This document shows positions 38,042 to 52,397 of a stretch of DNA of 64,000 nt, one piece after another. The stretch covers positions 5,704,001-5,768,000 of the forward strand of contig OX597827.1 of NCBI GenBank assembly GCA_951406725.2, read 5' to 3'. The position numbers and the translations under genes were made by a program. Numbering within the stretch: the stretch's first letter is position 1; every line of letters starts with the position of its first letter. The notes under the pieces are model-generated. The model was not told the DNA's origin. It made no database searches and saw nothing but the letters and a program-made list of their open reading frames with translations. The stretch comes from Octopus vulgaris (Eukaryota).

Positions 38042-38458
38042 TGGCGAGCTGGCAGAAATGTCAGCACGCCGGGAGAAATGCTTAGCGGTATTTCATCTGT
38101 CTTTTCATTCTGAGTTCAAATTCCGCTGAGGTCGACTTTGCTTTCCATCTTTTCAAGGTCGATAAATTAAGTACCAGTTACACACTGGGGTCGATATAAT
38201 CGACTTAATACCTATGTCTGTCCTTGTTTGTCCTCTCTTTGCTTAGCCCCTTGTGGGTAGTAAAGAAATAGGTATTTTGTCTGTCTTTATGTTCTGAGTT
38301 CAAATTCCGCCGAGGTTGACTTTGCCTTTCATCCTTTCAGGGTCGATAAATTAAGGACCAGTTACGCACTGGGGTCGATGTAATCAACTTAATCCCTTTG
38401 TCTGTCCTTGTTTGTCCCCCTCTATGTTTAGCCCCTTGTGGGCAATAAAGAAATAAGA
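38042..38458 (+). mobile_element. SINE family B tandem dimer
   Basis: A full copy at 38042-38270 is followed directly by a 5'-truncated copy at 38271-38458. Confidence 0.8.
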
Positions 38459-38700
38459 AATATTTGTGTGTGTGTGTGTGTGTGTGAATCTAAAAGTCAT
38501 TTTAGAATTCTTTTTAAATCTCTTTACGCTGACTCTACATCTGAAGATGTGTGTGACTGCACTGACAAAGCATTAATAATGTGGAGTTGAGTCAACCTGT
38601 TATTAAACACTAACAACTCAAATAAAATTTTCTAAATTTTCCTGGTGTTAGTTTCTTTCACCTGCTCACTTACTTTTGTCTCTCTCTCTCTCACTCTCTC

Positions 38701-38795
<95 letters not shown>

Positions 38796-39719
38796 TGCTG
38801 AATACGTAAAAATATTGCTGTATTGCTGTTATATATTTGGATATCTGATATTTTCTAATTATCAGATACATCATCTCCATGGATGAGACACTGGTGAGAG
38901 AAAGAAAAGTGACAGAGTGAGAAAGAGAGAGAGAGAGAGAGAGTACAAGTGGTGGAATAGATACATGGGTGTTTTATAGCCATGCTTGGATTTTACTATT
39001 AATTTTATTAACTTACATCCCCACCCCATCACAAAAAACGAACCCCAAGATAAACAGAATTCTCTCTGGAATGAATATGCCAAAGAATTTGTTTCTTCTC
39101 TTCTATAATTTCCTCAACACAGAACATAAACTTAAATTCTTTGAAGTACTTATTCCATTGTTCTAAAGACAATTCATTTTCAAAGAAAACTATTCTTTCA
39201 ATCTTAACAACGTTAATGTGACATTTTAAATATATACAATTAAGGTAAGGCAAGGTGGTGATGGTGGTGTTTATGATCCTGATCCAATCATTTTCATTTC
39301 TCAAATTTTGCACTTGCTATATAAAACTGATTAAAGAGAAACAGATTTCTGATTTAAAAAAGAAAGAAAATTAGGAAAATTAAAAGTGACATTCAAACAT
39401 GAATCAAAATTTTAAAATCTAATTATATACCCAAAAAATTTTTTTAATTTTTTAAAAATATTTTCAGAATAGTTATGTAGAAGCATCAAGGAATATGAAA
39501 ATAAGTCATTATTAACAATATGTCTCAAAAAGGAATTCAGTTGTGAATAATAGCATATAACAGATTGGGTTAAAAACCCTTTGGATGGGAAAAAAAAAAA
39601 AAAAAGGCAGAAGCTGTTTGTGGAAATTGAACCAGGAAACTGCTTTAATTCAGACAGCCATATTACAAATTGCACTATAGAAACTCTCCCTCTTTCTGCT
39701 ATCAAATTATATGCTTTAA

Positions 39720-39936
39720 CACTTTAGCATTCAGATTACTCTATCAAAGGTAATGCTTATTTATGATGGCCAAAATATTCTACATGTTTTACATTCAAAC
39801 TGACCAGAACTGGCCTCTCACACTTACCCTACAATGTCATTCTAGAAATATACAATGATGTCATGGAAATCTTGAAGTCATGAGGTAAGGTGAAGAAATA
39901 AAATATGTTCGACAGAATAAACTGAATGCTAAAGAG
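39720..39936. mobile_element. piggyBac-type MITE
   Basis: TTAA on both sides (39716-19, 39937-40). TIRs CACTTTAGCATTCAG / CTGAATGCTAAAGAG. Confidence 0.75.
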
Positions 39937-40446
39937 TTAAAGGATGATGGTTGTTCTTTACAGGTGGCACATGAAAAGCACTGGCACCAGTGCCATGTGG
40001 AAGTGCTCATACAGGTTCTACATTAAAAGCACCCAGCACACATTGTGAAGTGGTTGGCATTAGGAAGGGCATCCAGCCATAGACACCAAGCCAAATAAAA
40101 CTGAAATCTGGTGCCACTCTCCGGCATGCCAATTTTGGTCAAGCCATTCAACCCATGCCAGCATGGAAAACCGATGTTTAATCATGCATTATCTTGTACC
40201 TTCAAGTTTCCAATGATATGATTGTTTCCAATTATGATTTAGAATGGCATTGTGGGTTAGGTATGAGAGGTTAGATCTGGTTGGTTTGAATATAAAACAG
40301 ATAGAGAACTTGAGTTGTGTATGGCCAGTTTAAATGCCAAAGCGTTAGTCTTACCCCAGTTAGAAAGTTTGATTATATAAGTATTGATGTAAACGTAGAA
40401 GCATCAATACATACATCTAAAGCAAAACTTTTTCAGAGGCCTTTAA

Positions 40447-41059
40447 CTCTTCATGGGCTGGGAGGGTCCCTTGGGACCCTAGCAAATTTTAAAAGTTATA
40501 TACACTTTTTATTTAAATGATTTTATATCACATGACTTTTACTGTCAATAGTTTATGAATGCACGTACAAATTTTGAGCTAAACATTTCCAGTCATGTGG
40601 ATGTTATAGCATAAAATAGGGTCATTAGGGTCCAACTGAACCCCATTGGCCTTCTGTGAAATTATATTTTTCAGTTCTTTTTTCAGATATTCTGATGAAC
40701 TATAAGTCAATTTTCTTCATATTTGTGCTGGTATGAATCGAGATACTAAATAATTTTGTTTTATTTTAATTTTAGCGCTATATGTATTGCTTAAAAAACT
40801 ATAAATGTTGATTTCTTTCAATAAAAATTTTTTTCAGTCAATAAAATATATTTTAATTCCTCTCTATTAAACACAAATAATTACAAATTTATACCTATAA
40901 AGGGCTAAATTTCTTGTTCTCTATCATGCACTCACACATATATACAAGATTAAACAAATATTACTTTATGGATAGTGTGGAAATGCACAAAAATAAAAGG
41001 GATCCCTCTGGACCCCAATGGCCTTTTGTGTAATTCCAACCCCACCAGAACATGAAGGG
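40447..41059. mobile_element. Non-autonomous piggyBac-like element (~610 bp)
   Basis: TTAA-CTCTTCATG ... CATGAAGGG-CTAA termini, with three internal GGGTCC-n-GGACCC-like palindromic motifs (40464, 40628, 40999). Confidence 0.65.
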
Positions 41060-42344
41060 CTAAAATAATATTGTGGACCCCCAATCTACTATTTTGTTAT
41101 GTGGAAACCCCAAAAATCATAAACGGATCCTCAAGGGCCATATGGACTCTGGTTGAGAATCACTGGACTAAACCCTTCAAGGTAGTGCCCCAGCTTGGCA
41201 CTTCAATAATTGTTAACAAGTGAAAGAGAAATTCTTTATTAACAATGTGTCTCTAAGTGAGACAATTTGTCTCTATAAATAACAGCATTGGGTTAAAAAC
41301 TCCTTGAAAAGGGTGGAAAGCTGACCGTGGGATTTGAACCATGCATGTTTTATAACCTGGCTATCTGCCAATTTTTATCTAGCAAAAGCTTTTTTAAGCC
41401 CACTTATTATAAGTTGAAACTTGTAACTAACTTCATTTTAAGATATCCTTTAACTTTAATTTATTGAAAGAGATAGAGTGGTTATGTATTTCTGGCCATT
41501 TGAGTCTGATGTGTCGCCTATACAGCTTCGTACTTTAAAGGTGAGAAACCAATGGTTGCTCTCTGACCAGACATAACAAACAACATTCTAAATACACACA
41601 CACACACACGCGCGTGGAGGCACATGGGCTAGTGGTTAGAGCAGTGGACTCGCAGTTGCAGGATTGCAGGTTCGAATCTCAGACTGGGCAATGTGTGTGT
41701 TTATGGGCGAAACACCTAAGCTCCATGCAGCTCCGGCAGAAGGTAATGGTGAACTTCTGCTGACTCTTTCACCACAAATTTCTCTCACTCTTTCCTCCTA
41801 CATCTAGCAGCTCATCTGTGATGGACCGGCGTCCCATCCAGGTGGGGAACCTATATGCCAAGGAAACCGGGTAATCGGCCCCTATGAACCAGGGATGGCT
41901 TGAGAAAGAACAAAAACACACACACACACACACACATGGCCACACAAATGCTGACTTCTACATGGCTTCCATCAACTAAATTTCACTCACAAGATATTGA
42001 TTGTTCTTAGATATTTGTTCATAACATTGTGCAATGGAATGAGTCCCAAAACCCAGACTTCTTAACCACACATCCATATTATATAAACACTTATAAGGTG
42101 GCGAGCTGGCAAAATCATTAGCATGCTATGCAAAATGCTTAGTGGTATTTTGTCTGTCTTTATGTTCTGAGTTCAAACTCTACCAATGTTGACTTTGCCT
42201 TTCATCCTTTTGGGGGTCAATAAATTAAGTACAAGTTAAGCACGTGGGTCAATGTAATCAACTTACACCTTCCCCAGAAACTACTGGCCTTGAGCCAAAC
42301 TTTGAAATCTTTATACATACATACATACATACATAAACATATAC

Positions 42345-42409
<65 letters not shown>

Positions 42410-42424
42410 AAGAGTGGGGTGAAG

Positions 42425-42760
42425 GAAGGTACATGGCTTGGTGGTTAGAGCATCGGGCTCACAATCATGAAATAGTGAGTTCAATTCCCGGACTGGGCTG
42501 TGTGTTGTGGTCTTGAGCAAGACACTTTATTCCACATTGCTCCAGTTCACTCAGCTGTAGAAATGAATTTCAATGTCGTTGGTGCCAAGCTGTATTGGCC
42601 CCTTTGCCTTTCCCTTGGATAACATCAGTGGCATAGAGAGGGGAAGCTGGTATGCATGGGTGGCTGCTGGTCTTCCATAAAAAGCCTTGGCCAAACTTGT
42701 ATTTCAGAGGTAACTTTCTGGGTGCGATCCCATGGTCGTTCATGACAGAAGGGGCTCTTT
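42425..42760 (+). mobile_element. tRNA-derived SINE family E (related copies at ~28995-29325(-), 57055-57340(+), 62965-63230(+))
   Basis: Head CATGGCTTGGTGGTTAGAGCATCGGGCTCACAATC...GAGTTCAATTCCC, a CORE-like CTTGAGCAAGACACTT and a shared GCCTTTCCCTTGGATAACATC body. Confidence 0.7.
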
Positions 42761-43506
42761 AACTTTATATATATTTATATATACATATATATAAATGCAC
42801 ATTAAGCGATGATAATGATTTTATATATAAATAAATATATATATATGTATACACACACACACATACACACACAGGCACACACTCGTATGTATATGGCCTA
42901 ATGAAAATCCAGTAACACTCAAAAATTGATTAAGGTTGTTCATCATTTTCCAAAAGGCAGTGCTCCAGCATGTCCCCAGCCTTTGGCTGAAACCAGTGAA
43001 AGGGAAAAAGGGAAAATGGTAAAGGGTATATTAATGTGTTGACATTTAAATGTTTCATTTTCATTTTATTTTTTTTATTCGTTTTTAGTTCATGAAAATC
43101 ATCACAATTTTTCACCAATGTTTGAAATTTGAAATTGAAAACATTTCAAGACGGAAACAAAAATTTTTAAATAAAAATTCGCCATCCTAGAAAACATAAT
43201 TTAGTTTTTTTTTCTTTCTACTGATATACATGTTCAGTCAACACAGAAAGCTACTCATTATGGAAGACATGCTTGTAACATTTTTGAGAAGACGACAACA
43301 AATGACGAGTTTTGATTGTCATGGCAAAGGCTATTACAGTGAAATTACCATAGAAAAGTGATGGAGATTGAATCTCCATGTATTAAAAAGTGTCCAAGCC
43401 AGCCCATAACAGTATGGTGGTAAAAAAAAAATTTTAAAAATAGACAAGCCAAAAAAAAAAATAGACATCAAAGTAACAACAATGTAATGTTGCTGCTTTT
43501 TTATTT

Positions 43507-43509
43507 TGC

Positions 43510-43567
<58 letters not shown>

Positions 43568-43780
43568 ACTGCTACTGCTGATGATGACAGGGATATTGAT
43601 AATGATGATGATGATGATTATGATGGTGGGGATGATGGTGATTGTCATGATAGTGGTAGTGATGGTGGTGGTGGCGGTGGTGGCGGCGGCGGTGATGATG
43701 ACTATGATGATGATGATGATGATGATGATAGCGATGGTGGTGGCGGCGGCAGTGGTGTTGATAATGGGTGATGATGATAT
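43507..43780. repeat. (GCT)n followed by (GAT/GGT)n tract
   Basis: Read directly. Confidence 0.9.
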
Positions 43781-45155
43781 TATGTCTATATGACTCTGAA
43801 TATATTTCTGATGCACATAAAACCTTATGTATTAAATAAATGTAAACACATATACACATACATACATACACACACACAGAGCTTGTTACACAGATACAGG
43901 CAAACAACCAACTCTTACACTCACACACATATACTGGCACACATACACATACATTGGCACACACACACACACACATACACTGGCACACACACACATACAT
44001 ACACTCAGAAACATAAACAAACATAAACATACTTGCAAAGTAAAGATATTGACCAATGCATACATATATACACACATACTCACATGCATACATACATACA
44101 TGCATACATACATACATATATAAATACATGCAAGCATGCTTATATACATACATACATACATACATACATACATACATACATACATACATACATACATACA
44201 TACTTGCATACGTACATACATATATATTTACTTACATGCATACATACTAAAAGACAGACAGCCATATGTACATACATACATACATATATACATACATACA
44301 TAGATACATACATACATACATACATACATACATAAATGCATACATACATGCATACATACATACACACATACATACATACATACATACATACATACATACA
44401 TACATACATACATACATACATACATACATACATACATGCATACATACATACATACATTTATACAGATTCTCTGACAGATGATGAAAGATACACACCCAGG
44501 CAAGTTGCACAACTCTACAACAAGCTCTCACAACGGGTCATCAGATGAAAGGCAATATGCATATCAGCAGAAGGTCATCTCTGGCTATGTTGTCAGACAA
44601 CTTCAAAGTGACACAAACATAAACAGCCAAAGTAGTCTATCTTTAATCAACAACCACTGTATTAGCTCTCACTTTGAATGCAATGCTTTTTCGCCTCTCA
44701 TAACCACCAAATAAAAATATCTAATGCACAAAAGGGATGCAGGAAAAACACTTAGTTGTGATAACCAATCCAAACTCTGTTTAATTAAAACTTATGATGC
44801 AGTGCCGTCTTAAGGCATAGACCCAGGTGCTCCGTGGGTCAAGAGACCTAATAATAATTAAGGCATGTTTTTGTATATGTAGAAGCTCCATTTCATTGCT
44901 TTGTGCAGGGGCCTATACTGCTATTACAGCAGCCTTGTGATGACGTCACTAAAGTTATAGGCACAAGAGTGGCTGTGTGGTAAGAAGCTTGTCTCCCAAG
45001 CCCATGGTTTTGGATTCTGGCACCTGTGGCAAGTGTCTTCTTCTATAGTCTTAGGCTGATTAAAGCTTCGTGAGGGGATTTGGTAGACAGACACTGAAAG
45101 AAGCCCATTGTATATATATATATATATATATATATGTATCGATATATAGATACAC

Positions 45156-45197
<42 letters not shown>

Positions 45198-45199
45198 AA

Positions 45200-45231
<32 letters not shown>

Positions 45232-47049
45232 AGAAGATAGATGGTTAGATCAGGCCTTTTATGATATCCTTAAAGCCATGAACTTTTCAGCATCCTATAT
45301 ATGAGGCGGTGTTTGACACCCATCACCACTTGACAACTGGTGTTGGTGTGTTTACATCCTCGTAACTTTGTGATTCAGTAAAAGAGACCAGTAGAATTAG
45401 TACTAGGCTTAAACCATAGTTACTGGGATTGATTTATTTGACTAAAACCCTTTAAGGTAGTGCCCCAGCATGGCCTCAGTCAAACGACTGAAACAAATAA
45501 AAAATAAAAGATTAAAGGGAAAAGAAATGGCTTACAAACATATATATAAGTGTTGATCTGTAAGTCAAATGATGCCAGTTGACATATATGTTGACACCTC
45601 TACTTGTGCACATGCATATGTGTGCAGTTACATATATACATACATATACATGTATATGGGCTAGTCAGATAAATTTGTTTGTTTTTTTCTTTTTTTCTTT
45701 TAACTTTTTTTTTCTACTTGGCACTCCATTGTAATAAGTCTGCAAAGTGTTAAAACTTATCCAAATTGAAAAACACGACAAACAAAAGTGTAGAGGAGGA
45801 ACAAAGCTATGAAAAACCATAAAACATATTTGATGAAAGTATTTTTCATGTTCATTCAAACAACACTGGATGAGTTAAAAAGAAAAAAAAATGAAAGAAT
45901 TTATCTGACAAACCTGTATACACATAATTATATATATGTATATAAAATTAATAAATAAAACATATGCATACATACATACATATATGTACGTACCTACATC
46001 TACATGTATATATGGGTACAGGACACCAAAAAAACGTTGAACACAATGAGAAACGAAAACATAAACACAAAACCAAGGAACTGGACATTTTTCTTAAACA
46101 ACAAAAAAATAGAGTACAGGACAAATAACACAAGGAAAATTCCCCTTTTTCAGTCACCATGGTTTCATCTCCTCTGCGTTTCGAAGGTGAAGGCAATACG
46201 CATTTCGATAAAAACTTTCCTTCCCGCGAAAAGCAAATTAAATAGAATTTGAGATCTCTTTGCGGAGGGTACACACACATATATATGCCGACCTCGGCAG
46301 AATTTGAACTCAGAATGTAACAGCAGACGAAATACGGCTACGCATTTCACCCGGCATGCTAATGCTTCTGCCAGCTTGCCGCCTTATGTTATTTTATTCT
46401 ATTGACTTAAGAAGATGAAAGGCAGAGCTGATCTTGGCAAGATTTGAACTCAGAATGTAATGAGTTGCAAGAAATGCCCCTAAGCATATTTCCAATGATC
46501 TTATTATTTTGTTAACTCATCATCTTCAACGAAAATATGAAATTTCAAGCATCAAAATCTCAGATCTTCAGATATAGGAAGGATAGGAACAATACAAATT
46601 ATTTGATACAAGAGAATAAATCAATCCAAAGCTCTCATGCTATACAGGAGTTACCAATACTTGTATCAAATAATATATATCTTTCATCAGACATATCACC
46701 AATGTGACCTATAGATGTAAAAATTTTACAGACTGAAACCTTTGACTTTTCATCACAAGAGAAATAATAAATTTGTCGACATTGTGGAAAACTTTAGTTT
46801 AGAGTAGGTACTGTTCACAGCTTTAGCCCTCAAACACAGGCTTTATACAAGAAATTGAGGTGTTACAGAGACAACTTCTATTAAAAGTCTTACTGTTGGA
46901 GAATTCTCTTTGAGTGATGCATAGAAAAGCACATTGTTATTTACACATTCTTGAAGGTAATGTCCAAACTTCCTGCATTGAAGTAAAACTTAATGCACAT
47001 GTATCACCTTTCCAATTGAAAACAGGAAAAATTTTATTGCAGCAATCAC

Positions 47050-47738
47050 AGATCCAGCGGCCCTCAGGTGTTCAACAAGGCGTAGAAGTGGCTGTGTGGT
47101 AAGTAGCTTGCTTACAAACTACATGATTCTAGGTTCAATCCCACTGCGTGGCACCTTGGGCAAGTGTCTTCAACTATAGCCTCGGGACAACCAAAGCCTT
47201 GTGAGTGGGTTTGGTAGACGGAAACTGAAAGAAGCCTGTCGCATATATATGTATATATGTATGTATGTGTGTGTATAGGTTTGTGTGTCTGTGTTTGTCC
47301 CCCCAATATCGCTTGACAACCGATGCTGTTGTGTTTACGTCACCGTAACTTAGCGGTTCGGCAAAAGAGACCAATAGAATAAGTACAAGGCTTACAAAGA
47401 ATGAGTTCTGGGGTCGATTTGCTCGACTAAAGGCGGTGCTCCAGCATAGCCACAGTCAAATGACTGAAACAAGTAAAAAGTGTAAAAAAAAAAAGAGTAA
47501 CCAACTCAACACTTTGAGCCCATCGACACATTGCAGAGGACGGGTCTACAAACACACTGTGTGCTACATGTGTCTAGAAGAACAGCAAATTCAAGTCAGA
47601 AAACCCCAGTGTTCCTTACAAGGATTATCCAGTCAAAGCAGTCGAATCTGTTGCCCAGAATGCAAAGTTCATCTGTGTGTCAAAAGAGGATCAACATGCA
47701 GGACCGATTGGCATACCAAGGTGGAATATTGGTACTAG
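47050..47738 (+). pseudogene. piggyBac transposase C-terminal (Cys-rich domain) remnant, split by a SINE
   Basis: Reads RPSGVQHF across the SINE (TSD TCAACA at 47072-77 and 47506-11), then GRVYKHTVCYMC ... CPECKVHLCVKRGSTCRTDWHTK*, resembling the piggyBac CRD zinc finger. Confidence 0.6.
47078..47505 (+). mobile_element. SINE family A with TCAACA TSD
   Basis: Full-length copy inside the piggyBac remnant. Confidence 0.85.
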
Positions 47739-48114
47739 GAACCAGGTAGGCATCTTTGTTGTATGTTTGTGTTGTCAGATTCATCATTATCATCATCATC
47801 GTTTAGCGTCCGTTTTCCATGCTGGCATGGGTTGGACGGTTCAACTGGGGTCTGGGAAGCCAGGAGGCTGCACCAGGCCCAGTCTGATCTGGCAATGTTT
47901 CTATGGCTGGATGCCCTTCCTAACGCCAACCACTCCGTGAGTGTAGTGGGTGCTTTTTACATGCTACCGGCACAGGTGCCAGACGGAGCTGGCAAACGGC
48001 CATGATTGGATGGTGGTTTGTTTTGAGAGCTGTAATTGATGCTAACCCAATTTTCAGCTTATTTTGCACAGGAAGCCAGGTATATGGTATAGTTTGATTA
48101 TATTTAGGATGTAA

Positions 48115-48530
48115 ATGTAGAAGCATAGCTGTGTGGTTAAGGGGTTCACTTTGCAATCATATGGTTTTGGGTTCAGTCCCACAGCGTGGCATCTTGGGCA
48201 AGTGTATTCTGCTATAGCCATGGGCCGACCAATGCCTTGTGAGTGGATTTGGTAGACGGAAACTGAAAGAAGCCTGTCGTATATATATGTATATATATAT
48301 ATGTGTGTATGTGTGTGTGTTTGTGTGTCTGTGTTTGTCCCCCTAGCATTGCTTGACAACCGATGCTGGTGTGTTTACATCCCCGTCACTTAGCGGTTCG
48401 GCAAAAGAGACCGATAAAATAAGTACTGGGCTTACAAAGAATAAGTCCTGGGGTCGATTTGCTCGACTAAAGGTGGTGCTCCAGCATGGCCGCAGTGAAA
48501 TGACTGAAACAAGTAAAAGAGTAAAAGAGA
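48115..48530 (+). mobile_element. SINE family A (diverged head)
   Basis: Body and tail match the family. Confidence 0.8.
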
Positions 48531-49499
48531 GTATACATACATAGAAACAAAAACAGCCTGTTGTTGATGTTGAAATTCCAATGAAGGAGCCTTGGATCTA
48601 GGTTAGAAACTGGTTCTTTCTGTACAGGCAAGAAATCTTGAAATAAAACTGAGCAATGGCATACATATATATATATACACACATAGACATATATAGTTAT
48701 GTATATATATATGTATCTGGCCTCCGTGCCAGTGGCACATAAAAGATACCATTCGAGCGTGATCGTTAGCAGCATCGCCTTACTGGCACCTGTGCCGGTG
48801 GCATGTGTAAAAGATTCGAGCGAGGTCGTTGCCAGTACCGCCTGACTGGCCCCGTGCTGGTGGCGCATAAAAGCACCCACAACACTCTCGGAGTGGTTGG
48901 CATTAGGAAGGGCATCCAGCTGTAGAAACTCTGCCAGATCAAGATTGAAGCCTGGTGCAGCCATCTGGTTCACCAGCCCTCAGTCATTCGTCCAACCCAT
49001 GCTAGCATGGAAAGCGGACGTTAAACGATGATGAGGATGAGGATGATGTACACACACATACACAGACACGCGCGCGTGCACACACACACACACATATATG
49101 TACATACACAATGGGCGTCTTTCAGTTTCTGCTTACTGGATCCACTCGCAAGGCTTTGGTTGGCCTGGGGCTATAATAGAAGACATTTGCACAAAGTGTT
49201 ATGCAGTAGGACTGAACTTGGAATCCAGTGTTTGGGGAAACAAGATTCTTGACCACACAATAACATCCAAGCTACAGTTGGACAAACTGGTAAATAGCAT
49301 CTTTGGACCAACCAGCTACACAAGGTTAACTCAAGAAAGAATAACAGCTAGAAATTCAATTATTGATCAAGTTGCAGTCCTTGTAAGAATTCGACAAAGC
49401 TGGAAACAAAAAAGACCAAAATAAACTTGAAGACTGTGCCCCAGCATGGCCACAGCCCAGTACGTATTGAAACCAGTAAAAGAATAAAAGAATAAAGAA

Positions 49500-50380
49500 T
49501 GCATACATACGTATGCAAATAAATACATCCTTACATACATACATACATTCATACAAGCATACAAACATACATACATACATACATATATACATTCATACAT
49601 ACATACATACATACATACATACATACATACATACATACATACAAACATACATACATACATACAAACATACATACAAACAAACATACATACAAACATACAT
49701 ACAAACATACATACATACATACATATGTACATACATACACACACACATACATACTTACATACATGCACACATACATACATACATACAAACATACATACAT
49801 ACATACATACATACATACATACAAACATACATACAAACATACATACATACAAACATACATACATACGAACATACATTCATACAAACATACATACAAACAT
49901 ACATACATACAAACATACATACATACATTCATACAAACATACATACATACATACATACAAACATACATACATACATTCATACAAACATACATACATACAT
50001 ACATACAAACATACATACATACATTCATACATACATACATACAGATAAACTTACATATACACATATATAAATACATATGTACATACATTCTATGTAAATG
50101 CAAACATACATCTTTGCATATATATATATATATACATACATACGCAAACATACATATACATGTACATACATTCACACACACATGCACACACATATATACA
50201 CACACATACACTACAGATGTACATATATACATACCCACACACACACACACACACACACATATACGATATATACATACACATACATATACATACTTACATT
50301 CACATACATACATATATACATACACACACACATACACATGTAAACACATACATACATTCATTCATACATATAAACAGAGA
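49500..50380. repeat. (TACA)n/(CA)n compound microsatellite. Comparable TA/CA/TACA arrays at ~6740-7120, 19710-19900, 21300-21690, 44050-44457, 55910-56270, 60960-61140, 61800-62520
   Basis: Read directly. These arrays explain the many spurious HT/YI/CV ORFs. Confidence 0.95.
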
Positions 50381-51296
50381 AATATACATCTTATTAGAAA
50401 CATCACTGGTCATTTTGGACCAGACAATAAAATTGAATTGTCAAGATGGTTTAACTATTCAATTCTATTCAATTTATTGTTATTATCCACAAATACAATG
50501 TAAAAGACTATTTCTGTACCTCATTATTTCAGAGTTTGACGTGATAAGGTCGACATTTCTTTCATCATTGCTGTTTTATATATATACATACATATATATA
50601 TACACACACATATATATATATATATATATGTGTGTGTGTATATATGTATGCGCACACACACATACATATATATATCTTTCTATGTAACTTAGTCAGAGGA
50701 GAAAGGTCGTTGTCCACGACCTTTATGGGATGGGGGAGGGAGGGTCCGCTGAGACAGGTGAAAGAACAGGGGAAGGCGGAATTTTTTTCTAAGACAAAGA
50801 CTAAGGAAGACTTGGTTCAAATTCTTGCTGCAGAGCAGACTCCGCTTAAGGATCACCCTAGGACCAAGGTGGAGTTGGGTAAACTACGCAAAGAATTATA
50901 AAGTTTATGGGAAATGATAGTCTACCTCCTCCCCTCCTCCTCCTCCTCCTCCTCATCATCATCATCATCATCATCACCCATACCACCACCACCACCACCA
51001 CCACCATCATCATCAGCATCATTATCATCATTTTATGTCCACTTTCCATGCAGGCATGAGTTGAATTGGTTGCCATGCTCCCAGTCAATTTATATCCAAA
51101 CTTACTGCCCTTTTAGACAGTTATCTCTCTCTCTCTCCCTCCTTCTCTTCCTCTCTCTCCCTCTTTCTCTCCCTCTCTCTCTCTCTATTTCTTTCTCTCC
51201 CCCTTTCTCTCTACATATATAGGGGCTTGTCTAGCCATTTTTGTCCACCAAAGACTAATGTATAAGATACACACTCCTTTTCCCTCCTTTTCTCCT

Positions 51297-51369
<73 letters not shown>

Positions 51370-51448
51370 GTCTGCCTGCCAGCCTGTATGTCTGTCTATC
51401 TAGCTATCTATCTATCTTTCTATCTTTCTTAATCTGTGTTTGTTATTA

Positions 51449-51999
51449 TTGGGTTGCTGATTTTTAAAGGAAAGAAAAAGGTCAATAAATTCTTGCCATT
51501 GCATTTTTAATCAACCAAATATGAACCATTTTGTTGCACAATGCATCTCCATCTTTCCTTTAACTTGAAATTACCCTTTTCCCAGAATGGAGGTGGTTTT
51601 ATGGCAAAGAATTCATCAAGGTATCTTTTTATGTCATCCAAGGAATTGAAATCTTTACCATTAAGACTTTTCTGCAGAGACCTGAATAAGTGGAAATCCA
51701 AAGGAGCAATATCTGGTGAATATGGAGGGTGGGGTAATGCGTCCCAGCCGAGCTGCAGCAATTTTTGTCTGGTTTCCAAAGCATCAAGGGCCGAAAATGA
51801 ACTTTCTTATCTTCCATTTTAAAGGGTTACAGAATTAACACAGGTTATAGGAACATAAACCTTCTTCCACGAAAAGATAGCTTAAACTGTGCTCTAACTG
51901 GCAGTGTAGTCAAATCCTATTTTATGGACTCAACCGTGTTCTAAAATAAGTTGAAATGTAAGCTACTATAAATTGGCACAAACTTTCCAGACAACCCAA
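51449..51999 (-). mobile_element. Internally deleted mariner (mellifera-like), non-autonomous
   Basis: TA-flanked ends TTGGGTTG.../...CAACCCAA. The N-terminus MEDKKVHFR is fused directly to the C-terminal LETRQKLLQLGWDALPHPPYSPDIAPLDFHLFRSLQ...NGSYLVD*. Confidence 0.85.
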
Positions 52000-52102
52000 T
52001 ATCATTGGCAAGAGATTGCAGACATTAGTTGTAGTATTTCATAATGTTCAAACCCTGCTGAAGTTAACTTTGCCATTTAAACTTCTGGAATGGTCTAATA
52101 AA

Positions 52103-52141
<39 letters not shown>

Positions 52142-52223
52142 TGTTTGTGTGTGTGTGTGTGTGTGTCTGTTTGTGTGTGTGTATGTGTGATTTATATATA
52201 TATTTGTGTGTGTGTGATTTATG

Positions 52224-52257
<34 letters not shown>

Positions 52258-52397
52258 ATAAATGTACAGATAAACAAAAAGAGAGTGTAAGACGGTGTGT
52301 GAAACACACTCATACACATATACATTATCATCATCATACACATTCTCATGCATACACCATACCAGTCCAATCTAATGTAAAATTTAAAATGCTTCTA

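Noticed and set aside
49367-50687. Long ORFs (up to 270 aa) rich in H/T/Y/I or M/Y/V/C, and similar ones throughout the window
   Set aside because: These are translations of CA/TA/TACA microsatellites that lack stop codons, not proteins.
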